In this document: piece after piece, positions 13,077-26,046 of the stretch
Layout: each line of letters begins with the position of its first letter
How positions within the stretch are numbered: the stretch's first letter is position 1
Source: Moniliella sp. 'wahieum'
Taxonomy: Eukaryota
NCBI GenBank assembly: GCA_003971905.1
Contig: RSEE01000017.1
Span: 62,001-126,000, forward strand
DNA: 64,000 nt
Direction of reading: 5' to 3'
Position numbers and translations under genes: made by a program
The notes under the pieces: generated by a model
What the model saw: the letters and a program-made list of their open reading frames with translations, nothing else
Database searches by the model: none
Told to the model about the DNA's origin: nothing

Positions 13077-15260
13077 ATGGGCCACCCTCGGCGCTCTGCT
13101 CTGGCGCGGTGGCACTTGGGCTCCTGGCCGCCGCTGGCCTCCAGGTCCCGCAGCGCTGTCACCACGTCACGCTCTCCCGGCCCTGAATGCGTCCAATGCG
13201 GCAAACGCTTTCGCAGACACTCTTGCCGTCCTATGCTGGATGGGCATTGAGCCCACCAACCTCCAGGCATTTACCGGCACAGACCAGGTCAACCCACTCA
13301 CGTACGGCTGTCTCGCCAACCTGCGGAACTTTACGGGCGTCCCAGTCACTTGCGCATCGGTGGCAACACGGGCGACAATATGCTCTACAGTCCCAACGCT
13401 AGGGCTATGCGTTTGTAACCAAACCAGCGGCGCGGGCTCCTGTCACCGCCTCGTGGTACTACGGGCCAGAAATCTTCACCATGCTCGACCTTCCGAAGGG
13501 ACCCCATCACATTTGGCCTCAACTTGGCCTACAATGGCTCGATGCGATCGATCGCCGAATTGTCGAGCAGGCAGCTGCGACGCTCGACATGCCACAACGT
13601 GACCGTGTCGGGATTTGAGGTTGGCAACGAACCGGACCTCTATGTCGTAATGGATACCGTCCCTCTGGCTACACCGAAGTCCCAGTACGGAGCCGAATGG
13701 ATCGCCCGTGTTCAGGCAATCAACACCCGTGTCCTTGCCCCCCGCAACAAATCGTCTGACTTTTTCGAGGTCGCAGCCACCGCCACCACGGCCGACCAAA
13801 ACGGTCACCCGTACCGTGTTGCTAACCTGGTCCAGGACACCAACGGGGTGGCGAGCGGCAACGGTGTCTACATCTCTGGCTGGAATCAACATGACTACAC
13901 TGTTCGTACTCCCCCTCCCCTGAGCCTCGTGCTATTCTTTCTATCCACTGAGTACTGATGGCCTGACCATATCTGGGGCAGTACTACATCGGCGTCTCCC
14001 TTTTGCCATCACGTCAGACTGGCTCATGAACTTGGACAATACGGCATCTCAATTCACTGAGTGGGCGAGCCAGGCGAGCCAAGCCAAAGTGACTGGCAAG
14101 CCCTACTTTCTGCGTGAGATGGGCTCCATTGGCCCCGAGGGAATCAAGGGGATTTCCGACACGTTTGCCAACACCCTGTGGACCTTCAACTTTTTCCTCT
14201 ACGCCGCCACTGTCGGGGTGAGTTCAGTGCAGCTGCACTCGACCCAAACTTCCTACTCTGCGCCGTGGCAGCCGATCTCCATTCTTGGTACGCCTCCCCA
14301 CGTTCGATCGTGTTACTATGCGTATGCGGCGATTGCGCAGTTGATTGGTGCGCAATGCAACACCCGTGTTGCCTCCATTGCCACCAACCCACCCGCAGGG
14401 TACACCGGCCGTCTGGGCGCCTATGCGATCTACACTGGCAATGACTTGACGGGATTGGCTCTCCTCAATACCCAGACAAGCAACATCTCTCTCCCTCGGG
14501 CAACAGCGCATCCTTTTCGTTTACTCTGCCTTCGCTGGCCGGCCAGACGTTTTACCTTTCGCACCTCACTGCCCCCGGTACGGACGCAACAAAACACTAC
14601 CTGGAACGGCATGTCGTTTGAAACGCTGCCCAACGCCCAGCCCGACCTGGTCAACACCACTCTCCAAACCGTCGCAGTCGATCGCAGGGCAAGGTGAGCA
14701 TCAGTGTGCCTGATGGCTCGGCCTGGTGGCCAACCTAGGTTCGCGCCTGGCAGCAACCCGGTAGTGAACCAGACCAGCTGTGCGGCCGTCACCTCGTCCG
14801 AGCGGGGTGACAACCCCAGCGGTTCCGGCAGCGCCCAGCACCTACGTTCAGCGCCACCACTGGCTTCAAGTCGACCCACAAAGGTCTTTCCACGGGCGCC
14901 ATCATTGCCCTTGCGGTCGCCATTCCGTGCGGCGTGTTGTTCCTGATCGCGGTGACTGCCGTAAGCATTTGTCTCTTGTGCCGGCGCCGCAAGGCGCGCC
15001 GGGCTGGGCCCAATTTGGAAAAGGTACCAAGTAGACAACCTCCAACCGAATTGACGGCAACTTGGCTCCCGTCCTCATCCTGGCTCTTTTACCTTGGGCA
15101 GCCTGAGAGAAGCCGGAGAAGGAAAGCCACCTTCCACACTCTTTGTTCTGTCTCGTTCTTTTTCGCACATGCCATGGACATGCCTCGGCCCAGCCGTTTT
15201 GGTACTTGCGTTTCCTCTCTCTTTCCTCACTTCCAAAAGGACCATTTTTTTGTTTCATGA
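13077..15260 (+). CDS. Glycoside hydrolase family 79 (beta-glucuronidase-like) with signal peptide and C-terminal transmembrane helix; 3' end approximate
   Basis: GH79/clan GH-A motifs RIGGNT, FEVGNEPDLY (acid/base), KPYFLREMGS (nucleophile) and SDTFANTLWTFNF. Intron 13902-13981. TM GLSTGAIIALAVAIPCGVLFLIAVTAVSICLLC followed by RRRK. Confidence 0.85.
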
Positions 15261-15932
15261 CGTTGTGCGCACTGTACCACCTACTGCTTTTTTCTCTCAC
15301 CCCCCTCCCTCTGGCTGAGAGACTACCAGCGCCAGCACACCCTTGCCACTCTCTAGCATTCGGTCTCCATCACATGACCTTGGCCCATACACGTTATCCA
15401 TTCCTTGCTCATTTAACCCCCCCCCCGTCCCCACTTGCCTGCTCATTAATACCTGCCCTCTCCTACCCCTCCGTTTGATGGAGTCGTGGCCTATATACTG
15501 TCACCCGCACCTGCACAGAACCTACCCCCCGGGAGCGTAGAGGACACACATACATGATGTTTTTGGCTGTGGTCAGGCCTCCTTAGCCTGAGGAAGCAGG
15601 CCGCCGTGTTGGGTGTGCAAAGCAGGAGATATATACTGAGGCTGCGCCAGCGTCAACCGTCGCCTTGCCCGCCCCGTATTGCAATCACGCCCCGGGAGGC
15701 CGAAAAGGACGTGGGGCAAATGCAGCGGACGCCTCGGCGTGCGTAGGTAAGCACATAAGCCCGAGCCGCTCTGGCTGCTCCACGCGCCCCCAGCCCAACA
15801 CTCAGTCTGTACTCAAACCGAGCCGACAGGAGCTGATCGATCGGCTGATCCCACACCATCCATCGGTCGCTGGCGCCGCCTCCCCCCGCCCCCTCCCCTC
15901 CTCTCCCCCCCTTCCCCCCCTCCTCCTTGCCA

Positions 15933-17354
15933 ATGGCGTCCGTGTGGCAGTCTGAGCCCGACGACGACGACGATGCGCCCTGGGGCGCGCCCACTGCGTC
16001 CAGCGCCACTCTCGGCCTCGGTTCGGCCTCTGCCCTGCCGAGCACCGCCGAGCTCTTTTCTCCCCCGCTCCCTCTCTCACCACGGGCCTCACCAGCCTTT
16101 CGCTCGCACCCACGAGCGATGACGACGACGATCCTGAGGCTGGTGGATTTGGATTTAGCTCGAACGCGTCGCCTCTGCCTGCGGCGGTCCCTGCTCCACC
16201 CCCGGCCCAGACTACGCCTTTCAAACCGATTCTGCCTTCGGTTGCCTTCCAGCAACATGTTGGCGACCTGGCCGACGATGATCTTGAAGAAGGTCCTGCC
16301 ACGGCCGACGATGCTGGACCACCACGCCTGCACCTGCTCCTTCCGCCCCTATTCCTACCCCGTACGAGTCCAAGTCTCCACCGGTGCTGAGGAGCCCCCC
16401 CGCCCTCCACCTCTCCGCATACTCCAGTGTCCCCTGTGCGCTCCTCGTCCTTAGCCCACTCCTACCTCTTCCCCCCCGCGCCGTGTAGCCCAGGACTCGG
16501 ATGGCCTGGGGGCTCCGGTGCAACGAGCGATGACATCTGCCTCCCAACCGAGCGGACCCTCTTCCCCGCCTCGCCAAGCCCCTGTTGTGCCTGCCCCTGC
16601 GGCCACGCCGCCTCGCACGGGTCCCAACGCGAAGCCAGACCGAGGCGTTCCTCCTGCTACGTCCAAGGCGGCGACTCGAGCAGGGGTGACGGCTGTGCCC
16701 GGGGGCGCTTCGCACCGTGCGTTTGCCAGCCACAATTCGGCGCCGTATGCAGCGTTTGCGTCGACGGCGACGGCAGGCGGTCTGTCGCAGACACGTTGCC
16801 GGGTGGATACCAGTACAACTCATCCGTCGCTGCCTACTCGTCTCCCTTTGCGCGTCTGTCCAGCACGCCGACGCAGAAGGAGAGCGTGGAGGATATGTAC
16901 AGTGTGCCGGAGAACTTTTTGGAAGTGGAGGTACGCAATGCGTTGACGCATGGGTATGGCCGTAAGCAGTTTACCGATTACGAGATCATTACGAGGGTAC
17001 GCGATTTCATCCGTTTTTCCTCCTGCTTGCTTGGGCGCTTGTTCTGACCTCTGCTGTGGTGCGTAGACCAACATTCCGGCGTTCAAGATGCGATACAGCA
17101 GCGTCCGACGCCGCTACAGCGACTTTGAATACTTTCGCGATGTTCTCGAGCGCGAAAGCACCCGGGTCAACATCCCCCCGCTGCCCGGTAAGGTGTTTAC
17201 CAATCGGTTTAGCGAAGAGGTGGTAGAGACCCGCCGCGAAGGACTGGAGCGCTTCATTCAAATCGTAGCGGGCCACCCTCTGCTGCAAACGGGTTCCAAG
17301 GTTTTGTGCGCCTTCCTTCAGGACCCTGGGTTTGACCGCAATCAGTGGTTGTGA
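15933..17354 (+). CDS. SNX3: Sorting nexin-3 (PX domain) with apparent long N-terminal extension
   Basis: [33 protein letters not shown] | intron 16997-17066 | [48 protein letters not shown]...[14 protein letters not shown] is a typical Snx3/Grd19 PX domain. The start at 15933 is less certain than the domain call. Confidence 0.9.
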
Positions 17355-19212
17355 GCGGGTGGACAGGCACCGACAACGACAACACAACGACAATGACAAC
17401 GACACCGGCGCATTGGGCTGATGTGAGGGTGGGGGGGGTGCTATCTTTCCATGCTGCCTACGCTCGCTTTTGGTACTACTCTCTCATAGTATGGTTCTTG
17501 GATTGATTGCCAACCCCTCCCGTATGACCCCATGTTTTGGATGTGCATATTCCCCCTTGGACAGTTTTCGTTGGCCTGTGCACTTGTGCATGTCCCCGCT
17601 CCGTGGCTGTCTTTTCGCCCCCAGCAGCTTCTTCCTTGGGCACTCGCCGCGACACGGTAGTGCATGATCTAAATTGCACGCTGTGCCCTTGCTTTTTCTC
17701 TTGCACTTTCTTACCATGTTCTTGACGGCCAACGTGCAAACGTAGTGCGAGCGCCAGCCCCCGTGTTAGTTGATGAGGTGGCATGCGCACACTCTGCTTC
17801 TCACATGGCCTGGGGATCAATGGGCTCTCAACGTAGAACGCCCTCCGGGTGGTAGAACAAAGGGGGCGATTCAATAAGGTCTGTATAAACTGCCTGACCC
17901 CGCCCTCAGCTCCTTCTCGAGCTCGGCGCGCGGATCTCACAGCAGCCTGTGGCAGCGTCGGGGCTTCGAGAGGCAACTACAGCCTCATGGGTCGATGACC
18001 TCTTCGCGACCGATCTACGATGGTAACTTGGTTCTATTTGAGAGCCAGCTCTATTATAATAGCTGCCTGCCAGGTGGACAAAGCGCTTTAGATCCGATCG
18101 GATCTATGAAAAAAGGCCGCGGTAACGCGTATAGGCCTGAGGGACTTGGAGCTGGAAGGGACGTTGGCCAATGCACACGAGCCACATCCGCGGTAGCTCA
18201 AATGGGCGGGCGGCAGAGGATTAGACTGTCGACGGTCAGCGGTCAGCAGACTGCGCAGTGTTTCTTGGCCCAGCGCCAAGCTCTTCGGTAATGTAAACAG
18301 GATGTGAAGGCAACCGTAGGATGATGACTTGGATGACTCGAGGCTGTCGATTCGATGAGTAGCTCGATATCGATGACTAGGTGACTGTTATAGATGGCTC
18401 GCCGATGACGTGTGGGTGGATGATCGATGGCTGATGCGGATGCATGAGGATGGATGAGTTCGATGAGTCACGCGTGGCGTCGCTCGCTACTCGCAGACCC
18501 GCAGCAGGAACAACCCTAGCTGCGGCGGATGCTGGATGCAGGGGCGGCTGCGCAGTCTCGGCGTGCTGCTCCGCAGCTACGACGCGCAGTCGCTGCCTGC
18601 ACCCCCCACAGGGCAGCCTCCCACGCCCGCCACCAGTCTCCTCCACGACTAGACTACGCCCTTCCGCTTCCAGCTTCAAGCGTCAATACTCAGTACTCGA
18701 ACTCCACTCCGCACTCCGTGTACTCACCACACTCACTCCCTGCCACTCGTCTCCGCTCTCCAGAGTCACCGTGACTCGTGTCGTCGGTCGGCCGTGGGGG
18801 TGTGGGGGACGCCTGCCAATGTAACACGGCATGCATGACATCTGTGGCAGCGGCGCGTCAAAGTAAGCTGTCGACAACCAACCCGAAGATGACATGGAAA
18901 GCTCGTGACGCGTGACGCTGCGTTGCTTGGTGGGCACTGCGGGGGCTGATGCACTCAGGCACCTGCCTACTAACCCCGAAGCAAAATGGATCGAGGCACC
19001 CAGGCTGTACTTTACCGCCAAGACACTGCTGAGTGGCAGCAAGATCCAACAACAAAAAGTTATTTCGTTGGATATATATATAGACTCTGCTCTGGTCGTA
19101 CTGACATCCACACCACACCACACCTTCACCACACTCACCACATCCTACACCCCCCGCCGCCCTACCGCGCATCCGCAACGCTTCTCCTTTTATCGTCTCT
19201 CTGCTGCAAGCC

Positions 19213-19790
19213 ATGCCCAGCACAACTCCCTCTACCGTTGCCCCGTGCCGGACCAACCGCCTTTCCAAAGCGCTCCGTTCTGTCTTTGCGCCTTCGACCC
19301 CCATGTCTCCGCCTTCGAGCCCCCACTCGGACTTGGACTTGACTCGCACCTGGACTGATGCAACGCTCGTGTCCCACATTGCCGAGGACAAAGACGAGCA
19401 AGACTGCGACAAGGATGAGGACGAAAACCGTGTCCATCAACTCGGTTGTCGTCCTCCCCAGTACCTCTCAAGCAGTCCCGAATCGTCGTGTTGACGCTCG
19501 GGAGCAGGCTGCGGCTGTTTCCCCATCGGGATCGCTCCACGCCGCTACACCCACCCGCTCCTGCCAGGACATGGAGGTTTGGCGGCGAATTGGACCCTCT
19601 GCGTCCATGCGAACGGGAACTGGCAGCACTTCGTGCCCGTCGCTCCTTGCCGCCTCCTCCACCCCGCCCAAGGGCCAACAAGACCAGGCCACGTTCCTCC
19701 CCCCTCGACTCTACTGCCTTTGGTCGAACTCTGGACCCGCACCGCCCATCACTGAAGGAACACGCTCAGCTTGATGCAAGGCGGTTGTAA
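19213..19790 (+). CDS. Hypothetical protein, frameshifted
   Basis: TATA-like tatatatata at about 19073, pyrimidine-rich leader, ATG 19213, coding-like MPSTTPST...LSKALRSVF...DKDEQDCDKDEDE. Overlapping ORFs continue to 19790. No family recognised. Confidence 0.45.
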
Positions 19791-22010
19791 TTTTGGAATC
19801 GCACCGTACTTTGTTTTGGTAATGGACTGCTGTTGGTATCGGAACTTTCCTTGGCAACGTGCTCCTTTCAATATCTGTTTCTACTTATATATGCTGCAAC
19901 TGTATGGTTACTAGCAACCCTCCTCTCTCCAATGGATGCCATCAGGTGAAATGACAAGGTATCTATAGAGGCGCATCTGCAACTATACTAATGTGTGTGC
20001 AATCAGCTACCCAAAAGGATCCGTTCCATTCGAGTCTAGAAAGAGTGTGGAAAGAGGTGTGGCTATACTAGTGTCCAGTGTGAAAGAGTGGCCGCCACGC
20101 ATCGGGGGAGCAATGGTGATGGATGCATGGTGGACACGCGCATTCATAGCGCACGCCTACTATAATCCCCGCTCTCCCCACCGCGGCATTATATTACCAC
20201 GGAAGGAACATGCCACGTTCTCCCAAGCGGATTCCCCTGCACCTCCACCACGATTCCAACAGGGGAAACCCTCAACCTAACAGCATAATAGCGTCTTGAC
20301 AGGCTAAGCCAGAGCTAAATGAAAGAGACTATTGCAGGCCTACAGTGTCGCAGGCAAGGTACCCAGGCCAAGGGCCCACGAGGGAGATACGTGGAAAAGG
20401 TAGATGCGACATTAACCACCTTCCATGCGGCAGCCAACCAACAATCGATTGGCCGCTGGTCCAGGCAGAAAGGGGGCAGGGGGCACTGTGAAGGGGCAGC
20501 AGGCTCCATCGCAGAGTTTCTTTTTTTTCTGTTTGACAGGGAGCGCGTGGCGAGCAACCCGAGGTGCATCGAGCCAGGCAGCAAAAGTAGCGAGCCGCTT
20601 ACTTGGAGCGGGCACGCATCTTTCTGCGTTTGCGGCGCAGACGGCGCATGCGTTTCTTCCTCCACTTCGCTCTCACTGCGCGACGCGCAAGCGACCAGGG
20701 TCAGTGTTCTGTGCCAGAGGGCAATAGGATGGAGGGAGAGGGCCAGGGACAAAACCACGGCAAGCAGGGGCAAGACGGCGACGTACTTGTGGGTTGACCG
20801 GACTGAGAACGCTGGTGGGGAAAACAGGAGAGGAGAGCTAGCGCAGCGGGCTAAATAGACCTGGCCGGGGCGGCGGCAGATGTAGGGTTGCGTTGGGCGC
20901 ATTCGCCGCAGCACACCTGCACTGCACTACTGCCGCTGTGCTGCAGGGACGCGGGCGGCAGTGAAATTGCGACGCCTCCTGTCGACTGCGGGAGCGGCGG
21001 GGGATGAAACGTTAATTAGCGGAAACTGCCGGCTTCCGGGCACGTAAGCAGTCTCCCTCAGAGACACTGCTTGCTTCCGCACAGAGTGTGGGGTAAACAA
21101 TGCCACTAAGCTCGGCGGGACGTTTTGGCCTAATGGACGAACTGGCCTGGCACGGCACACCTGGGGTGGCCGGTGGCTCTGCCATGACAGAGGAGGATAC
21201 TCTCCATCCTCCATGGGTGTGCCTTGCAGGAGCTGTGGACAGATGGACGCATGAGGAAGAATAGGGACAACATCGAAGGCAGCTGTACCAGCGCAGGAGC
21301 ATCTGGGACGGGGGGGCAAGGCAGAGCTTCCTCCACTGGCGCTGGGCTGCAGCCGTGCCCCTCCAGGTTTGCGGCGCCATGATACTCAGCGCCATCAAGG
21401 TGCAGAGAGCGAAGCGTAGGGTACACTTTGCTCCCCTCTTGCAGCGGCGAGGATCATGGTAACTTGATTTGCTGGCCCTCCATCGATACTCATCCTGCCC
21501 GAGCTATCCGCTTTTAATTTTTAAAGCAAATGGTATACTGACGTGAAGATCAGAGGATGTGTGTATACCTCAGCAAAGAGGGAGAGGCGAGAGGCAGTGC
21601 AACGAAATGGCATATATACGTGTCGTACAGCAAAAAGACTTGAAGAAGCTATGAGCGTGAGTATGGTCGTCAGAAAAACAGAGAAAGGATGTGGAAACAA
21701 CGCGTCCGTCCCGCCCGCCATACCGTACCTATAACGCGCCGTAAGGGGGACGGGTGGGCGAGGAGAAAAGAAGAAGAAGTACTCAGGGGACTAATTGTCA
21801 TGCGCCTCATCCGTAACCAAGTATTCGTTCGAGAATGAAGGGTAATCGGGCGTTCTCTCTTCGTGGGAAGAGGATGGGACAGCAGCGAAAGCTAAGGGCG
21901 GGGGAGCAGTCTGCGCCGTTCTCATCTTGCCTCGAACTCGTCTGGTTGGTACATCTGTGCTGCGCCGGCACCCGGGTCAGCAAACGGATTGTGCGCGTCT
22001 CCGCTAGCGC

Positions 22011-24889
22011 CTACCGAGGGGGCGAGCGCCAGGTCACCTGGCCATGCGAATAGGAGGAGCTACCGTGGGTGTCAGAGATGCTAGCCGATAACGACTGACG
22101 ACCGGGAACAGCGCGACCGGAGGACAATACGACGGTTGGAAGGGCGGCCACCGTAGGGACCTGGCCTTGGTGCAACCCTGGAGCCTCGCGCACATGCACC
22201 GCCGCGCCTCCCGTCTCCCGTGCCGATCCAGCGCCGGCCTGGGCCACAGCTGCCTTACGGGGTGCCTCAGCCAACGTCTGCAGCCCCTCGCCCATGCCCA
22301 ACAGCCCATCCATTGAAGCAGGCCACAACGGGGACGAAGTGGAAGGGTGGGGGTAATAAACGGCACTCGATGCAGAAGGCGGTATCTCTGCCGTCGCCGA
22401 GTGTAGTGCATCGGAACGAGGATCATCAAACGGAGAGGGCCCCATCCCCGAAACAGGAGACCGAACGTCGCTGGTGGAAGGGTTCACTGCTAGCATCGCC
22501 GGGTCGTACCCGCGCGCCTCAACCCCAGCTGACTCTGGGGGCGAGTAGTGCCCCGGTTGGTACGGATGGTTGGGCATATGGTGCGCCAGCACAGCTGCTG
22601 CGCCAGCGGCGAAAGCTGGATGGACTTCGTCAGAGTAGGCATGTTGCTTGCTCCTGAGTCCAGCCGCCCAGGATTCCCTTCGGTTAGCCCGTCACTCTCC
22701 GACAAAGTAGGATGGGCAACTGCTGTACCTCCGGCATAATACGCCGCCACATCCTGCGGGCTCAGTCCGGCACAGGTGCGTGGATAAACCGAGTCGGAAC
22801 CAAATGGGTTGGGGGTGCCGGTGGCGCGCGAAGCCCAGTCAGGGTGGGTGCCATCGGAACTGGTCGGGTCGGAAAGACTGCCTGGGTACCAGAACGCGGA
22901 CGTCCGAGATGACTGGGAAGTACGATGATGCGCTACAAAGTCACTCTCGGGTCCCGTTGGAATCCCACTGCCGTCCGGAGCGGGATGGGCCCTTTCGGAG
23001 GAAGCAAGGTCGGTTGGGAAAGCTTCCAAATCTCGAATCCCATGATTCATATTCATGCTAGCCCGCCTGTACCCGGCGGCGGCTGATCCTCATCATCATC
23101 CACATAGGGATGGTGCCCATGAGCCGTTTCGTCCAGTCCAGCCGGAGTGAAGAGGCGATCCAAGCGGGCCTGAGACGAAGAGAGGCCCAAGGCGGACCTG
23201 ACACTTGCTAGCCGACCCGAGTGTTCTTGGGGCTTTTCCCTCTGGACACCAGCTGTGACTCCTGTATCGCCAGCCATGGCCAGTGCCGCCGCATTGACAT
23301 CATCAATGCGATTGCGCGAACGTTTGCGCCGGTAAGCAGCAGAAGCAAGAGGATCAGTACAATACCCGCGATGCCGCCCACGGTGCCTCCAGCAATTGCA
23401 CCTGCGTTGGAGGTTTTATTTTGGATGCTACTCGCATGGTTACCCCCATTGGCCAAGCCACCTTGCGGTTCTTCTCCGTCGATCACCACTGCCGTTGAGG
23501 TTAACGTTTGCGTCATGGAGGACCGAGTCGTTACGCCTGGTATGGTTGTTCCGGGAACGACAACGGCCGAAGTAAGGGTGATGATGCTCGTATCCTTTGG
23601 CACCACCGCAGTTTCCGTCTTGGTCACTGTGGCCGCCTCGCATGGCGGGGTCGAATAAAGCGTAGTCACAGCAATAAGACTGGTCTCTACCTGGATATCG
23701 TACCCATCCTTCCCGCTCCCATCACGCCCCTGCAGGGTTGGTGGGACGACAGTGGCCGTAGGTCTGGACGTGGCATAAGGCCTGCCTGCCTCTGGTAAGG
23801 AGCCAGAACTGCTCCCATGGCCTCCTCCGCCAGCTTCCCCGCTCGAGGGGTGAGACCCCTCATTAAACGAACTAGTGCTGCCGCTGTTGTTCCCACCCGT
23901 GTGGGCTGAAGTGTACCCATCAACACCACTTTCATTCCCGCTGCCACTCCCATCACTGTTGGTGTGAGTAGGGCGCGGCGATGTCATGGGCTGTTGAGAC
24001 GTGGTGGGCTGTTGGGATGTACTGTGTGGGTAGGAGGAGGTTTGCGGATGCGACGTAGTGGGTTCATGGGATGTGGTGGGCTGCTGAGAAGCCGGTTGTG
24101 TATGCGAGGTGGTTTGGGGCACAGACGTAGGGGGTCTTTGGGAGGTGGGCTGCGGGGAGCTGGTCGTCTGCGGGGAGCTACTTTGGGCTGAGGTGCTCGG
24201 TTGATCTGAACTGCTCGGTAACGCGGTCGGCGTCTGCTGATTGGACGAGGATGGGAATGTGCTGGAATGTGTAACGGAGGGGTTGGTGGGTACAGAAGAA
24301 GAGTGTTGCACAGTGGACGTATTGGGGTCCGTAGTGGACTGGGAGCGTGATGGGCCCACATACGAACTTGACAGGGGGGACGATGTGAAGCCCGTTGCGG
24401 AGGTGGTGGCCTGGGAGGAGCCGGTCGGACTGGAGGTGAATTGGGATGATGAGGGGAAGCTGGAGCCCGTGTCTGTACTGGTGAGCTGTGTCGAGGGGGA
24501 CAGAGAATCAAAGGATGAACTGGGGCGGTGCTTGTTAGCTCGCCGCCGGAACTTGACGGAGCTGTGCTAGAATCGGTGGTAGAACTACTCGGATGTGGCA
24601 CGGCTGACGAGGAAGCGGAGACGAGGGACGAAGGCGTCGTGGGAGTGGATGAAAGGGTGGAGGTGATGGGACCAGAAAGGGTGGAGACTGACGCAGCGGT
24701 TGTGGAGGAGGCGGACGCATTGGGACTACCGCTGGGGAGGGAGGATGGGGGGGAGTTGGATGTAGATGTGGTGTGGGGTGGGGGTGGGGTGGACGCGGAA
24801 GCGGAGGGGGAAGTCGAGCGGTAGATGGTGTGGGTGATGAGGGTGGTGTGGTAGTACGTTGCCGTCGCCACCGGTGCGCCGCAGGACAT
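22011..24889 (-). CDS. Ser/Thr-rich mucin-like single-pass membrane protein, frameshifted
   Basis: MSCGAPVATATYYHTT... then about 400 aa of S/T/P-rich sequence with QQPTTS-like repeats, TM NAGAIAGGTVGGIAGIVLILLLLLL followed by a basic stop-transfer segment, and a long cytosolic tail in ORF fragments 22011-23277. Confidence 0.75.
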
Positions 24890-26046
24890 GAAGCGGGGGA
24901 GGAGGGCTAGGGGGCGGGTGGTGGGGCTGGGGCTGGCAAGCTGCCCTCCAGGCCGGCCAAGCAGAGACGACGGCTGGCAAGGAGGGGTGAGTGTTTCACC
25001 TGGTGGTGCCGTGCAAGTCCGGCACTGCCCCTGTGCGGGCGAGGCACCGCGTGCTCCGCACTGCACTGCACCGCACTGCACCAGCTGCGTGGGGGCGCTG
25101 GCTGTCGCAGACAGCCCAACCGGGGCGGGGTAATACTGGCCTAGTGCGACAGTGCACACCCTACTGCATATCCTCCTGGGTTCTGCCGCCGCTCTGACTT
25201 TCTGAGATATATGATACCCCTGAGATCTGAGCATCCGAGGTCTCGTCGGATGCGATTGCTCGCTGCCATTCTCGCTCCGTCCTGTCTTTGCCCTTGCGAC
25301 AATCAATGAATTAATGATCAGATGGCGCGTTTCCATCTCGATTGCCAGCAGCGGATGACGTGGTGGACCTTCTGCTCCCAACACACCCCCGCCTGTGCGC
25401 CTCCGCCTCATGTTGCATTGATGATGCATGACCTGTGCAAACCCCCACCCCCACCCGTCCGCCCGTCACGCGTTAGTATCCCAGCCCACATAGCCTCCAC
25501 CATCCGACGCGCAGCCATCGACCATCCACCACCCCGTTCAGCCAGGCACGCGTGACCTTCGTCTTCTTGCGCCCAACCAAGCCACTTAGCGTAACGCCGA
25601 ACTGTTTCAAGGCCTGTCCCTTCTCCTCTCTTGCCCAGCCCGTTCTATCTTGACTTCCTTTGCCGCCCGACCCGCACTATCTTGCCTCCCTTGCCGCCGG
25701 CCCCGCTCAATATCCGACTGTCCCGACTCTGTCTTGTGGTCTTGACTGACTTGCCTGTCTTGCGCCGTCCCCGTTGAAGCTGCCGAAAAGACACATCTTG
25801 CTGGTGCAACGCAGACCCCCCTTTCTTCCCGTTCCCATTCCCCCTTGCCGTCATGGACCATATCTTGTGTGACTAAAAACGACTGGACTTGGCGCACCTC
25901 CTGGGCCTTGCCGCAACCCTTTTATGCTTGACGAAAAAAAAATCTTGACGCCTGATAAAATCGTTTTCGACGATCGTACAGGCATAGAGGACAAACAGAA
26001 AGGAGAACATTGGGGAAAAAATCTTGACTTCACGATCCACGCGCAA

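Noticed and set aside
20315..21450. Possible minus-strand gene
   Set aside because: No consistent frame, recognisable motif or clear start; cannot be supported from sequence alone.
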